DNA of 64,000 nt from Chryseobacterium sp. (GTDB taxonomy: Bacteria; Bacteroidota; Bacteroidia; Flavobacteriales; Weeksellaceae), in the NCBI GenBank assembly GCA_039594975.1, contig JBCNMJ010000001.1:20402-84401 (forward strand). Reading direction: 5' to 3'. Positions 37,921 through 48,308 of this stretch are shown one piece after another (the first letter of the stretch is position 1; every line of letters starts with the position of its first letter). Made by a program: the position numbers and the translations under genes. Under the pieces are notes generated by a model. That model was not told the DNA's origin and did not search any database. It was given only the letters and a program-made list of their open reading frames with translations.

Positions 37921-39602
37921 TTTTTCCCTGGTTTTAAAATGTTGTCATCTTCACTAAATAAACGGTACAGGAGAATGACCACTCCTATTATCAACAGCCA
38001 TACCAGCCAATTGTATCCGAAAGAATTGATAAGCGGATAGAAAATATACAGTAAGGTAACAACTAAAATGGCGATCAAAATCAGTTTGATTCCGTCTGAC
38101 ACATATTTCCCTCCCATGTATAAAGGCTTTTTTCGCACAAAATATGAATAGAATGCCATTATTCCGACAGCAGCAAGTAATAACCAAACCACTTCTGAAA
38201 TTGAAATCTCCTTTTTCACACGGATATCCTGTGCAGCATTCAAAGCATCTTTTCCTGCATTTTCATTAAACATGATTTGAGGATCTGTTTCATGGGAAGT
38301 TCCATAAATTCTGGCCAGGGAATCTCTGAGTAGTCTTTTCCTGATTTCCAGAACATCATCTGCATACAACATCTTTGATCCTTCGGACATTTTGCTTGAA
38401 GAATCTTTCATGATAGAATCCAGGATTTTTTTATGATAATTCTTTGTCTTGATCTCTACGACCTGATCTATTTTTTTCAGGTACATTTTTTTCAATGAGT
38501 CCCGGAACTTTTTCTCTTTGACCCTATACTTTTCAATCTGCCACAGCATTTCCGCTTTTCCCTCTTTGGTGTTGGCAGCCCGCTTGTAATCACTGATCAG
38601 CCAACTTCTCTCATTTCCAAATAAAGAGTCTACTTTTCTGTCGATATCCGTAAATCCGGATTCGAACACCAAGCCTTCTTCGTTTTCTGTATGAGAGTTT
38701 TTTCCAATGGTATTTTCACTGTACGAATCTGCAGAGAGTTCCTGTTCTTGTCTTGCCTGATTTCTCCCAAAATCAATTGCAAAAATAATAATCACGATAA
38801 TGGCTAGAAAAAGAGCAAAGCCCTTCTGTTTACCAGTCATTTTACCTATTGGATTAGTTTCTCCCGAAGTGTTTTCATTGTTTCCTCCTAAACTTCCAAA
38901 CATTCCCCAATCAAAATTTCCGAAACCGCCTCGTAAAGCAGAATGAATATCTAACGGAATTCCCAGATAAACGGCACGTTCAGGATATTTTTTTAAATAT
39001 TCGATGTATTTCAAAATTTCATTCTGATCTCCTGCTTTTAATTTTTCCATATCAAATGGTAGATTTTTCATCCATTCTTCATCGGTTATAGGATTCAGAA
39101 GATCATTCAGTAGTTCATCATCATTCATATCCACTTTATAACTTCGGATCTTTTGCGGAATGAAAACTCCGTTTGAAGGCTTTTTGACTTTGGCTTCTGT
39201 TTGAGGAGATTCCTGTAACAATAAGACCCAATCTATTGCTTCATTTAATTTCACCAAACCGAAATCAGGATGCATAATGATATATTTTGCATCTATATTT
39301 TTCCAGTCATCAGAAGTTATTTTAGGATAAAAATCTGTATTTTCAGGAATAAACAATTTACTGTCAAAGTATTGAAAATATGAGTTCTTACCGATTTGTT
39401 CCGGCGCATATCCTTCAAAAACAATGAAACAACCGTAAAGAAGATTCGGCTCAAGAGAAGGAATGGCAAATGACTGTACTGCATTAAGATCTATTTCCAG
39501 CAATTCTATTTCGCGAAACCATACCAAAGGTGAAGCGCCTCTAATGAGAAGCCCTCTTTTGGGATAACTATTTTTCGGAAACGGCCTAATCTTCAACTCC
39601 AT
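37917..39602 (-). CDS. bpX-type domain plus membrane-anchored component
   Basis: Overlapping start/stop with neighbours; one central and three C-terminal TM segments. Confidence 0.6.
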   Translation of the reverse strand: MELKIRPFPKNSYPKRGLLIRGASPLVWFREIELLEIDLNAVQSFAIPSLEPNLLYGCFIVFEGYAPEQIGKNSYFQYFDSKLFIPENTDFYPKITSDDWKNIDAKYIIMHPDFGLVKLNEAIDWVLLLQESPQTEAKVKKPSNGVFIPQKIRSYKVDMNDDELLNDLLNPITDEEWMKNLPFDMEKLKAGDQNEILKYIEYLKKYPERAVYLGIPLDIHSALRGGFGNFDWGMFGSLGGNNENTSGETNPIGKMTGKQKGFALFLAIIVIIIFAIDFGRNQARQEQELSADSYSENTIGKNSHTENEEGLVFESGFTDIDRKVDSLFGNERSWLISDYKRAANTKEGKAEMLWQIEKYRVKEKKFRDSLKKMYLKKIDQVVEIKTKNYHKKILDSIMKDSSSKMSEGSKMLYADDVLEIRKRLLRDSLARIYGTSHETDPQIMFNENAGKDALNAAQDIRVKKEISISEVVWLLLAAVGIMAFYSYFVRKKPLYMGGKYVSDGIKLILIAILVVTLLYIFYPLINSFGYNWLVWLLIIGVVILLYRLFSEDDNILKPGKK

Positions 39603-41982
39603 ATTCCAATACTTGATCTATAAAAGGTTGTAAGTAATCTTCACACATTTCTTTAAGCGTTCTCACTTTAAGCAAAGTATGATCCGGTAAAAAATATTCT
39701 GCTCCCCCAAATTCTGTCTCTGTAGCCAATGCCATGACAGTATTTACAGTAGTCGACATATAAAATTCCGGAATATGACCATTCATACTTCTGAAAGTGA
39801 GCATTCCACGGGAATCCGCAATGATTTCGCTTCCGTCTGAAAATGTAAATTTATTTTTATTCTGATGTGCCACTACAAAGAACGGAGATTGGTTTTTAAA
39901 TAAATAAATAGTGGCGCCCCAGATACTCAGTTCATTTTTAGAAACGACCAGATTACGATTTTCATTAATGCCGATATGGATAAAATTACTGATAAATTTA
40001 TAACTGTTATGCTGGAGTTTCTCGACCTCAATTTTTACTTTTTCTATATTTTTAGCAATTTCAGGATCATTTTTCACAATTTCTAAAGAAACCTCACCTT
40101 CCAGATTGATCTCAAAAATGGTTGGTAAACTACTTTGATGCAGGTAAAAATGTCTGTTAAAATATACCAGCTCCATATTCAGCGGGACCTCAAAACCGGA
40201 TACATTCAGTTCAGAATATTCTTTTGTTTCAATATTAAGTTTTGAAACCAGGCTTTTATCCGGCCGATACTGGCACAGAATAAATTGTTGCTGCTTATTT
40301 TTAGCTAGGGCAAATATTCCTTTATCCTTTACAGAAATCCCTTCAAACAAAACTTCACAGCCCCTCAAGGTACTGTATATGCTATAGTAATTCTTGTTAT
40401 AATAATTATCCGAGAGATAAGTTCTCAACAATTGTTTTTTACTGCTTAGAATAAAAAATTCCCCTTCATACATAAACTTCGCAATTTTCTGCTGCGGAGT
40501 TGGAAAAAGCAAAGGATAATTGAGAGGAACATCTGTTTTCCCGCCTTTAGTACTCTGGCTGATTGTTCTTTTAGCTTTTCTATACGGAGGATCCTCCCAA
40601 AGTTCTTTCAACGGAAGCAGAATTTTTTGGATATGTTTTCTTGCTCCTAAATGATGTTTATAAAAATTAAGTTCTCCATCGGCAGAGGTGGTTACTAAAA
40701 ATTTTAACCGGTTTCTGTTTTCATGAATGACTTTCTGAAGATTTTCATTGGCTAAATTTTCATGATTGGTGATAAAGAACACTTCTATATCTTTTTCTGA
40801 ACGTTCTTTTTTGAAAAATAAATCTAAAGTTTCCGAAACATCCAATGTTCCGCTTACCAGATTCAGGTTTTCAATGACATCTTCCACCCGATCCAGTGTC
40901 ATCACAATACTGGATTGTCCTAAAGCATAGACTTTACACTCAGAGTGCGCTTTCGGGTGTTTGATAACGGCTAGTGCTGAAGCAAAAGACAAGACTTTGG
41001 GAGTTCCCCAGTTTTTCAGGGAAGTATCTATAAGGATAATTCTTTCGAAAACATTTTCTTCCGGCGGTATTTCCCTTTGGATATATAAAGCTTCATTATT
41101 GGCTACCCGGTTCATAAAAACCTCATCTTCATTCGCAAATTCCGACAGCAGCATTCTGTGGAGATCTCCTTTATTCGCAATATCTGAAACTCCACCAATC
41201 GGCTGTTCTCCTGGAGAAAGATGCCGCATCGGGATTTTAAGTCCGCTCCAGATCCTTTTAATTAAACTTCCTACCTGAAATGTTTTAGGTTCTTCAATTA
41301 GCTCCTGAATAAAATCTTTTTCAGGTTCTGTATTAGTTTTTTCTTCAGTTATTTCTTCTTTTATTTCCAGCTCACCCACCCAACCCTGCATGGCTTTTAT
41401 AATGGATTCAGTAGTTGGAAATTTATTGTAAACCCTTGATAATGCCTCAATATCTTTATAGAACACATCATGGGTAAGCAATAATTTATGGGCTGCATCG
41501 CCAATTTTTTGTGGACCTCTGTAATAGGTGGTCAAAATATATTCAGATTCTTCTGCAGAAAGCGAGTAAACCGAATCTTTAAAAAGAGTCTGAAAAAGAT
41601 TGATCCTGTTTTGTCCTTTCTTCATTGAGACACCAACTTTACTAAGATTTTCCAGCAGCTGACAGGCGTTTGCAATATCAAGATTGAAGGTACTTGTTTC
41701 CTCTGTTCTTAATTTTCTCAAAAAGTAGAAAATACCGTCAAGATTGAGATAGCCTTCCTGAGTTGCATACATTGTAAGAAGAAAAGCACCGAAAGGTGGG
41801 AAACCCTCCGGCTGAAGTTCTTTCAAAACTTCAATGATATAAGGTCTGTAAGCAATTACCCCTACATTCGGAACGGAGACTAGATTATTCTCAAGATATC
41901 CGGAAGGATCACGAACATCCTTATCTGTGATCCATTCCCAGAAATAATTTTCGTACGATTGAAAATAACTTACTAAATCCAT
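39586..41982 (-). CDS. bpX0-like plus vWA plus beta-rich C-terminal component
   Basis: GFPPFGAFLL; GDLHRMLLSEFA...EALY typical of MoxR-associated vWA; IILIDTS. Confidence 0.7.
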   Translation of the reverse strand: MDLVSYFQSYENYFWEWITDKDVRDPSGYLENNLVSVPNVGVIAYRPYIIEVLKELQPEGFPPFGAFLLTMYATQEGYLNLDGIFYFLRKLRTEETSTFNLDIANACQLLENLSKVGVSMKKGQNRINLFQTLFKDSVYSLSAEESEYILTTYYRGPQKIGDAAHKLLLTHDVFYKDIEALSRVYNKFPTTESIIKAMQGWVGELEIKEEITEEKTNTEPEKDFIQELIEEPKTFQVGSLIKRIWSGLKIPMRHLSPGEQPIGGVSDIANKGDLHRMLLSEFANEDEVFMNRVANNEALYIQREIPPEENVFERIILIDTSLKNWGTPKVLSFASALAVIKHPKAHSECKVYALGQSSIVMTLDRVEDVIENLNLVSGTLDVSETLDLFFKKERSEKDIEVFFITNHENLANENLQKVIHENRNRLKFLVTTSADGELNFYKHHLGARKHIQKILLPLKELWEDPPYRKAKRTISQSTKGGKTDVPLNYPLLFPTPQQKIAKFMYEGEFFILSSKKQLLRTYLSDNYYNKNYYSIYSTLRGCEVLFEGISVKDKGIFALAKNKQQQFILCQYRPDKSLVSKLNIETKEYSELNVSGFEVPLNMELVYFNRHFYLHQSSLPTIFEINLEGEVSLEIVKNDPEIAKNIEKVKIEVEKLQHNSYKFISNFIHIGINENRNLVVSKNELSIWGATIYLFKNQSPFFVVAHQNKNKFTFSDGSEIIADSRGMLTFRSMNGHIPEFYMSTTVNTVMALATETEFGGAEYFLPDHTLLKVRTLKEMCEDYLQPFIDQVLEYGVED

Positions 41983-42716
41983 TCTCTAGCTTTTTGAGTC
42001 AGACGGAAAGAGCTTACGGATAAGATTCTGAAATCATCTTTATTTATAGGTAAATAACTTCCGTTTTCATCCCATAGCAACCATTTATCGGACTCTATGT
42101 TATATTTTTTCTGTAGTAATGAGCTTACGTTTTTAAATTCAAAATCATATCCGCTCGGCAAAAGATGATGATCCTTTATCCAAAAAGTTTTTCCAGGAAA
42201 GCTTAATAAAGGAGTGCCAAGAAATAAAGCCTTATCATCCACAGTCATCCATTGTAATTTTTCCAGTTTAAATTTCGGAATCTCTATGATCTTATCTTTA
42301 ATATCATCAATGGAACATAAAAGTGCAGCAGCAGGAAATTCATGCTCTCCTTTTTTAAGATGCACTTCAATCTTTTCATCAACTCCAAAAAAATTATGAT
42401 TGGACGGAGGAAGGGATAATTTCAATGCCTTATCAATGGGTGACCAAAGTAAAGCCGTTCTTACTTTCTTACTTGGAACCAAAGCATTCCTTCTGAATAA
42501 AAGCCCGTTCTTTAGTTCATATATGATAAAATTAGGGAGTTTCTTAACTTCTGATGAAACTGCCTGTTCAAGACTAAAGCCTTTTAACCAAATACGATCA
42601 TCATCTGCCGCGATCTGAATATTTTTCCAGTCGCGGACAGCTCCTAAAGCGTATTCATCTTTTCGAGGAATTTCTGCCCAAAATTCTTTTAAGCGCTCTG
42701 AAGAATCTTCTGCCAT
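41973..42716 (-). CDS. bpX2-like component
   Basis: LGAVRDW..IWLKG and LFLGTPLLSFPG; position next to MoxR. Confidence 0.6.
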   Translation of the reverse strand: MAEDSSERLKEFWAEIPRKDEYALGAVRDWKNIQIAADDDRIWLKGFSLEQAVSSEVKKLPNFIIYELKNGLLFRRNALVPSKKVRTALLWSPIDKALKLSLPPSNHNFFGVDEKIEVHLKKGEHEFPAAALLCSIDDIKDKIIEIPKFKLEKLQWMTVDDKALFLGTPLLSFPGKTFWIKDHHLLPSGYDFEFKNVSSLLQKKYNIESDKWLLWDENGSYLPINKDDFRILSVSSFRLTQKAREWI

Positions 42717-43822
42717 AAGCTTTCAATTTCTTTTTGAATAAACTGTTTCTGCTCTGCGTTGGCAATCCAGTCGCAACGGGTTTGAAGATATCTCAGCTTA
42801 TCCTTAATCACGTTTTGTTCCTCAAAGCTGAGTCCTCCTGTTTCCCACTGATCAATCAGAATTTTCACATCCTTCATTACTTCTTCGGGATTTGGAGTTT
42901 TATTCTGTAAGGATTGTGGATGAGACTTCGGATTAGTGTCTTTTTCAATAGTCCGATTGATAATTCCTTCCAGAATTTCAATTTGTTCCTCTGTATCCCA
43001 AATATGTTTCAGTACCCACAAATCTGATAGTATAGCTTCGTTTCTTCCGCAAATCAAAGCACTTGCAGCAATAAGGTTCTGCATTTTAACAGCTCTACGG
43101 TCTGAAATGGTAATTCCTGTATTCCGGAGACTAATGATCGTATTAAGATATACCTCATAGATCGGCTTTAGATCAACCGTTTTACATAACGCCTGAAGAT
43201 CTTTGATTTCATGGGCTAAAATCACAGGAATATCTGAATCTGTTGTTGTTTCAAGTTTTCTTCCGGCCAAAAGAACCTGCTGAAGAAGATTGGGATTGAC
43301 ATAACCTACATTAATTCTTACTAAAAAGCGATCGAAAAGAGCATTCAGTGCTTCATCTTCAGGAAGAACATTACTTGCACCTACGAACATCAGTGCGGGA
43401 AGATGTTTGGTTTCTTTACCTCTTTTGAAAATCTTTTCATTTAAAGCCATCAATAGGGAATTCAGAATTGCAGAATTGGCATTGAAAATTTCATCTAGAA
43501 ATACCATTGAAGCTTCCGGCATCATCCCTTCTGTATTCGTTAATAGCTCACCTTCTTTTAATTTTCTGATATCAAAAGGACCAAAAATTTCAGTCGGTTC
43601 TGTAAATCTGGTGAGAAGATATTCGAAATTTTTCCCGTCTTTTACGGTTTTTGCCAGTGTTCTTACGAGAGCTGATTTTGCGGTTCCGGGAGGGCCGTAT
43701 AAAAATGCATTTTCTCTTGCCAGCAAACAGATTCCCAATAAATCCACTACATCGTTTTTACCGACAAATGTATTTTTTACGTAGTTAAGAACATTATTTA
43801 ATTTATCAATATTTTGAGTCAT
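42689..43822 (-). CDS. MoxR/RavA-type AAA+ ATPase
   Basis: GPPGTAKS, YLLTRFTEP.EIFGP, FLDEIF, GASN, ALFDRF. Confidence 0.93.
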   Translation of the reverse strand: MTQNIDKLNNVLNYVKNTFVGKNDVVDLLGICLLARENAFLYGPPGTAKSALVRTLAKTVKDGKNFEYLLTRFTEPTEIFGPFDIRKLKEGELLTNTEGMMPEASMVFLDEIFNANSAILNSLLMALNEKIFKRGKETKHLPALMFVGASNVLPEDEALNALFDRFLVRINVGYVNPNLLQQVLLAGRKLETTTDSDIPVILAHEIKDLQALCKTVDLKPIYEVYLNTIISLRNTGITISDRRAVKMQNLIAASALICGRNEAILSDLWVLKHIWDTEEQIEILEGIINRTIEKDTNPKSHPQSLQNKTPNPEEVMKDVKILIDQWETGGLSFEEQNVIKDKLRYLQTRCDWIANAEQKQFIQKEIESLWQKILQSA

Positions 43823-44474
43823 TATGATCCGTATTATTTATTTTTAATTCTTTCCAGAAAGCATTTTTATACCATCCGAATTCTGCAGTCAATAATTTAT
43901 GGATATAAGGAATTTCCGCCAATCTGTATATTTTATTGTCTACAATTCTTTCAAGATAAAGTTTTCTGTAGGTTGTATCTTTCAGCTCTTCCTCCCATTT
44001 CAGATGTTCCAATTCTATATCTGCTTCAATTCCGGAATAGTGGAATTGTTTTAAAATCGTTTCAAGTAATACAATCAAAGGGTCATCTGCATCTACATTT
44101 TTCAAAGCGACCACAATCTGTGGTAAAAACCTCAATGAAAGATCTGCGGATAGCTTTGCAGAAAGGTCAAACTTTCCTTTAAACTCAGGAATCAGTTTTG
44201 CAAGATCTTTTTCCGTATTTTCCCGAACAAGATAAAGCTGAACACTATGATAAAGGATTTTTGCCGCCCAAACTGCTGCTGCTTTATCAAACGGAATCTG
44301 ATCAGATAAGAACTCCAGTCTTTCTTTTTCAAATTCGGTTTCAAAATATTCTGCCGCTTCCTGTTCCTCTTTTAATGAAATTTGTTTTACATCCGCAAAA
44401 ATGGTGATGCATTCTTCTTGCCGGAGCAGAAATAAAGTAGCTAAAAATGGTGATCTGGTTTCCATCATAAACAA
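43806..44474 (-). CDS. bpX4-like component
   Basis: SADLSLRFLP motif, YLERI; first gene of the operon. Confidence 0.65.
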   Translation of the reverse strand: MFMMETRSPFLATLFLLRQEECITIFADVKQISLKEEQEAAEYFETEFEKERLEFLSDQIPFDKAAAVWAAKILYHSVQLYLVRENTEKDLAKLIPEFKGKFDLSAKLSADLSLRFLPQIVVALKNVDADDPLIVLLETILKQFHYSGIEADIELEHLKWEEELKDTTYRKLYLERIVDNKIYRLAEIPYIHKLLTAEFGWYKNAFWKELKINNTDHNDSKY

Positions 44475-44583
44475 AAATATAATTATTTCTCTGAGAATAA
44501 AATTTTTAATTCAATGATTAAGAATTAAATACTATTTTTCTTTATAAATATTAAAACAACAGAAAATGAATACAATCAATAAA

Positions 44584-44614
44584 GCTCGGCTCAGATCTTC
44601 GATCTGAGCCGAGC
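44584..44614. repeat. Perfect 14-bp GC-rich hairpin
   Basis: gctcggctcagatc-ttc-gatctgagccgagc; terminator or REP. Confidence 0.7.
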
Positions 44615-44645
44615 CAAAGTAATAAGCCGACTTAAGAACTTAGAA

Positions 44646-45035
44646 CTATTTTATAATCTCAATGATGTTGTTTTCAGGGTCGAGAATTACGCTTTCGTAG
44701 TATCCGTCTCCTGAAGTTCTGGGTTCTCCTGCCACTTTGTAGCCGTCATTTCTAAGTATTTCAGTTAATTCATCTACCTTTTCCTTGCTTCCTGTAGAAA
44801 ATGCAAGATGAATAATTCCGAACTTCTGAGCTTCAAAAGAATTGTTCCCTTCCTGAATATCAGGTCTTGTCATAATTTCCAGTCGGCTTCCGTTTTCAAA
44901 GCTTAAGAAATAAGATTCAAAGTTTTTTACAGAATTACGATATTTTTCATTGGAAATTGCGCCAAAATATTTTTCATAAAAGCTTCTCATCTTCTCTAAA
45001 TCCTTTACCCAAAACGCAACGTGTTCTATTTTCAT
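44646..45035 (-). CDS. VOC/glyoxalase family protein
   Basis: MKIEHVAFW, GIIHLAFS, DGYYESVILDPENNIIEI. Confidence 0.9.
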   Translation of the reverse strand: MKIEHVAFWVKDLEKMRSFYEKYFGAISNEKYRNSVKNFESYFLSFENGSRLEIMTRPDIQEGNNSFEAQKFGIIHLAFSTGSKEKVDELTEILRNDGYKVAGEPRTSGDGYYESVILDPENNIIEIIK

Positions 45036-45278
45036 GTAATCTTTTATTTTTATTAATTTTTTGAGTAATCCTTGTTTCAATAAACAAAACTATTGAAATA
45101 AATATTGTGAATAAATTTAAATTCGCGTTTACAGCTCTTCCTAAATACTTGTAAAAAAGAAGGCTTCATTAATAAATTTTACCTAAAAAGTATTATCAAT
45201 TAAAAAAAATTCATGAAACACTAAATTAACAATTCTCTATTCACATATTTGTTATATTTGCAGCTTCAAAATAAAATT

Positions 45279-45989
45279 ATGAGTATTCACATTAGTGCAA
45301 AAAAAGGAGAAATTGCTAAAGTCGTGTTGCAGCCGGGAGATCCGCTTCGCGCACAATATATTGCTGAAAACTATCTGGAAAATGCAAAATTAGTAAGTAA
45401 AACGAGAGGCATTTTTTATTATACAGGACTTTATAAGGGAAAGGAAATCACTGTAGGTGCTAGTGGAATGGGATTCCCAAGTATCGGAATCTATTCTTTT
45501 GAATTGTTTACGGAATATGAGGTGGATACAATCATCAGAATCGGAACCTGTGGTGCTTACACAACAGATCTGAAAACTTTTGATATCTTAAACGTTGAAA
45601 AGGCAGCGAGTGAAAGTACTTACGCCAAATTTGCCTGGGAAATTGAAGATGAAATCCTTTCTCACCAGGGAAGTATTTTTGGTACCATCAATACAACTGC
45701 TAAAGAACTATCTTTAACTCCAAAAGCAATCAACGTCCACAGTAGTGATATTTTTTACAGAAAAGATCCTGCTGTTCCTGCCATTGCTACAAAATACAAC
45801 TGTCCTGCTGTAGAGATGGAAGCGTTCGGATTGTTCGCCAATGCCCAACATTTAGGAAAAAACGCAGCAACCATTCTTACGGTAACCGATATTATCCCGA
45901 CTCATGAAAAAATCTCTGCTGATGAAAGGGAAACAGCTTTGAAACCAATGATGGAGCTGGCTTTGGAATCTGCCATTAAAAGTTTATAA
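45279..45989 (+). CDS. deoD: Purine-nucleoside phosphorylase
   Basis: PGDPLRAQYIA, GMGFPSIGIY, IRIGTCG, VEMEA; start MSIHI at 45279. Confidence 0.95.
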   Translation: MSIHISAKKGEIAKVVLQPGDPLRAQYIAENYLENAKLVSKTRGIFYYTGLYKGKEITVGASGMGFPSIGIYSFELFTEYEVDTIIRIGTCGAYTTDLKTFDILNVEKAASESTYAKFAWEIEDEILSHQGSIFGTINTTAKELSLTPKAINVHSSDIFYRKDPAVPAIATKYNCPAVEMEAFGLFANAQHLGKNAATILTVTDIIPTHEKISADERETALKPMMELALESAIKSL

Positions 45990-46058
45990 AAGTAAGATTA
46001 CTAAAAAATCTTACAAAATAAGCAAGTCGATAAACAAATAAATTGATGGCTTGAAAAT

Positions 46059-46096
46059 AAAAAAAGAGTTTTACTTCATCTGTAAAACTCTTTTTT
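46059..46096. terminator. Bidirectional terminator between deoD and tatD
   Basis: aaaaagagttttac-ttcatct-gtaaaactcttttt. Confidence 0.8.
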
Positions 46097-46880
46097 ATAT
46101 CCTGAAAAAATCTCCGGTAACTTCTGTCGTTTCTCTGGCGACTTCTGAAATACTGATTTTCTTTAGATTCGCAACTGTCTGAGCTACGTAAGGTAAAAAG
46201 GCCGGCTCATTTCTGCGGTTCTGCATTCTCGGCATATTTTTCGGCAGCATGAATGGCGCATCGGTTTCAATCATCATTCGATCGAGAGGAACATATTTAA
46301 TAACTTCTTCCAGATGTTTAAATCTGTTCTGATCACTGATTGCCCCGGTAAATCCTAAATAAAATCCTTTATCCAAATACATTTTTGCTTCATTTAAAGT
46401 TCCCGTGAAACAATGAACGACTGCTTTTGGAAGTTTAGGAAGATATTCGTCTGTAATCTCATTAAACCTTTTGAAAGCCGATCTTTCATGAAGAAAAAGA
46501 GGTTTATTTACTTCTATGGCCAATTCCAATTGAGCACGATAGCATTTTTCCTGAACAGGTCTTGGAGAAAAATCTCTGTCAAAATCCAGTCCACATTCCC
46601 CGACGGAAACAACATGATCTTGTTTTAATAAATTCCTGAGCTCGTTGATACTTTCATGAGTAAAAGATTTTGCATCATGAGGATGAATTCCCGCTGTTGA
46701 AAATAAAATTTCGGGATAATCTTCTGCAATCGCCGTAGATTCTTTACTGCCACGAACACTTGTTCCTGTGAGAATCATTTGCTCTACTCCGTTGTCAAGA
46801 GCTCTATTGACAATTTCTTCGTGTTCATTGTAAAACTGTTTATTGGTAAGATTTATACCAATGTCGATAAATGTGTTCAT
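46095..46880 (-). CDS. tatD: TatD family nuclease
   Basis: IDIGINL, TAGIHPH, VGECGLD, FLHER, VHCFTG, IETDAPF. Confidence 0.95.
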   Translation of the reverse strand: MNTFIDIGINLTNKQFYNEHEEIVNRALDNGVEQMILTGTSVRGSKESTAIAEDYPEILFSTAGIHPHDAKSFTHESINELRNLLKQDHVVSVGECGLDFDRDFSPRPVQEKCYRAQLELAIEVNKPLFLHERSAFKRFNEITDEYLPKLPKAVVHCFTGTLNEAKMYLDKGFYLGFTGAISDQNRFKHLEEVIKYVPLDRMMIETDAPFMLPKNMPRMQNRRNEPAFLPYVAQTVANLKKISISEVARETTEVTGDFFRI

Positions 46881-46899
46881 TTTTTAACTTTTTAAACCG

Positions 46900-46935
46900 C
46901 AAATATTCACAACAGGTACGCAATCTTTCTTCGTA
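46900..46935 (-). promoter_or_regulatory. Direct-repeat operator plus -7-like box upstream of tatD
   Basis: TACGAA-N7-TGCGTA-N9-AATATTTG on the minus strand. Confidence 0.6.
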
Positions 46936-46941
46936 CTTTAT

Positions 46942-47592
46942 TTATTCATTAATAAAAACTTCAAGAAAACCAATTAAATGCTTTCCTCCATGACTCCATC
47001 GGATTCCGTGTCCGCCTTTTTCCCGAACTTCAAACACCAGCTCATGTTTGTAATGAAAGAAGACATTCCACCAGGTTTTGTTATCTAAGATGAAATTAAT
47101 TTTTGCCATTACCTTTTCCTTTTTCTGCCGGTTGTTTCCTTTTACTTCGCCCCAAAACTGATCTTCCATTCTCCCCACATGTTTTTCCCAGGCTCTCTGA
47201 GCGATGGTTATTTCTTCATTAAACGATTTTTGGCAGGCTTCAATCAGCACTTTTCTCGGAGGAGGAATTGCTTTTTCATTGCGAATACTTGCAGAAGTTA
47301 CTCTTTGCCCTAAAATATTCAGCCAGTGTCCGAAACATATTTTTTCCAATTTTTGAACTTTAATTTCATCCGGTTCTTCACTGTTCAAAATGCTTACAAA
47401 CAAATCAAAGCTTTTCTCTCTGTCGTTTTTTATTTCTTCATTAAAATAAGGAAATTTCCAATCTGAAATTTTATGTTGAAAGTTCTGAATATTGTCATGC
47501 AAAGCATTTAAATGTTCAGCTTCAAAAATGGCGTGATATTTTTCTTTCCATGCCTTAGAAAACAAAGGGATATATTTTTCAAAAAGATTCAT
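46942..47592 (-). CDS. Hypothetical protein
   Basis: 216 aa; RAWEKHVGR and GHGIRW motifs; overlaps the upstream gene by 4 nt. Confidence 0.7.
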   Translation of the reverse strand: MNLFEKYIPLFSKAWKEKYHAIFEAEHLNALHDNIQNFQHKISDWKFPYFNEEIKNDREKSFDLFVSILNSEEPDEIKVQKLEKICFGHWLNILGQRVTSASIRNEKAIPPPRKVLIEACQKSFNEEITIAQRAWEKHVGRMEDQFWGEVKGNNRQKKEKVMAKINFILDNKTWWNVFFHYKHELVFEVREKGGHGIRWSHGGKHLIGFLEVFINE

Positions 47593-48308
47593 TCTTCAAG
47601 CATTTTTACAAGATTAACGGAAAGCTTTTCTTTATCAATTAGGTATTCAATAAGATTGAACCAATTTTTACAATGATCTAAAATCCACGCATCAGAAGAA
47701 ACAAGGATTTCAGCATTCTCCGCTAAAAACTTATCCGGATTAAATTCTAAATCTATTTCCCAGTTCATATTATTTTCCAGACTAAAGTCCAGCATCATTT
47801 GTCTAATTCTGCCACTGTTGGAAACCGGCTTATCAAATATCCAGATCAGCTTTTGAACTGCTGAATGGTGATAAAATTTAGCAACTAATTCTATTGCAGC
47901 GAGAGTTTGATTTACTCTCTTATAAGTTCCGTGAACTTCAGAAAGGTCGCGAAAACAACCGTCTAAACCTTCAAAAATATATGCCTCTGAAAGCAAACTT
48001 TCAAGTAAGATCAAAACATTGAAACCATCCAGGTAAACGACTTTATCCTGAAGATCTGAAACATTCAGCCGTTTTGATTTTCTGTTTTGAATTTGAGCAG
48101 CGGAAGCGGAAGCTCCACGAACTGACTGAATCTGACGGGTTTTCAGTCTATATCTGTTCCCTACCAATTCAACAGAGGCTTTTTCAGCATAACCACGGCT
48201 CAATAGATAGTACATATCCTGGACTGCCGATGTTAATTTTTCCCTCTGCTTTTGTGGACCGAATAATGTATCATCTCCTGTGTTCTTTCCTCGATTTCTG
48301 TTGTTCAT
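47589..48308 (-). CDS. DUF434-family protein with PIN/NYN-like C-terminus
   Basis: YLLSRGY..LVGNRYRL; YLDGFN, DGCFRD, SSDAWIL. Confidence 0.75.
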   Translation of the reverse strand: MNNRNRGKNTGDDTLFGPQKQREKLTSAVQDMYYLLSRGYAEKASVELVGNRYRLKTRQIQSVRGASASAAQIQNRKSKRLNVSDLQDKVVYLDGFNVLILLESLLSEAYIFEGLDGCFRDLSEVHGTYKRVNQTLAAIELVAKFYHHSAVQKLIWIFDKPVSNSGRIRQMMLDFSLENNMNWEIDLEFNPDKFLAENAEILVSSDAWILDHCKNWFNLIEYLIDKEKLSVNLVKMLEE

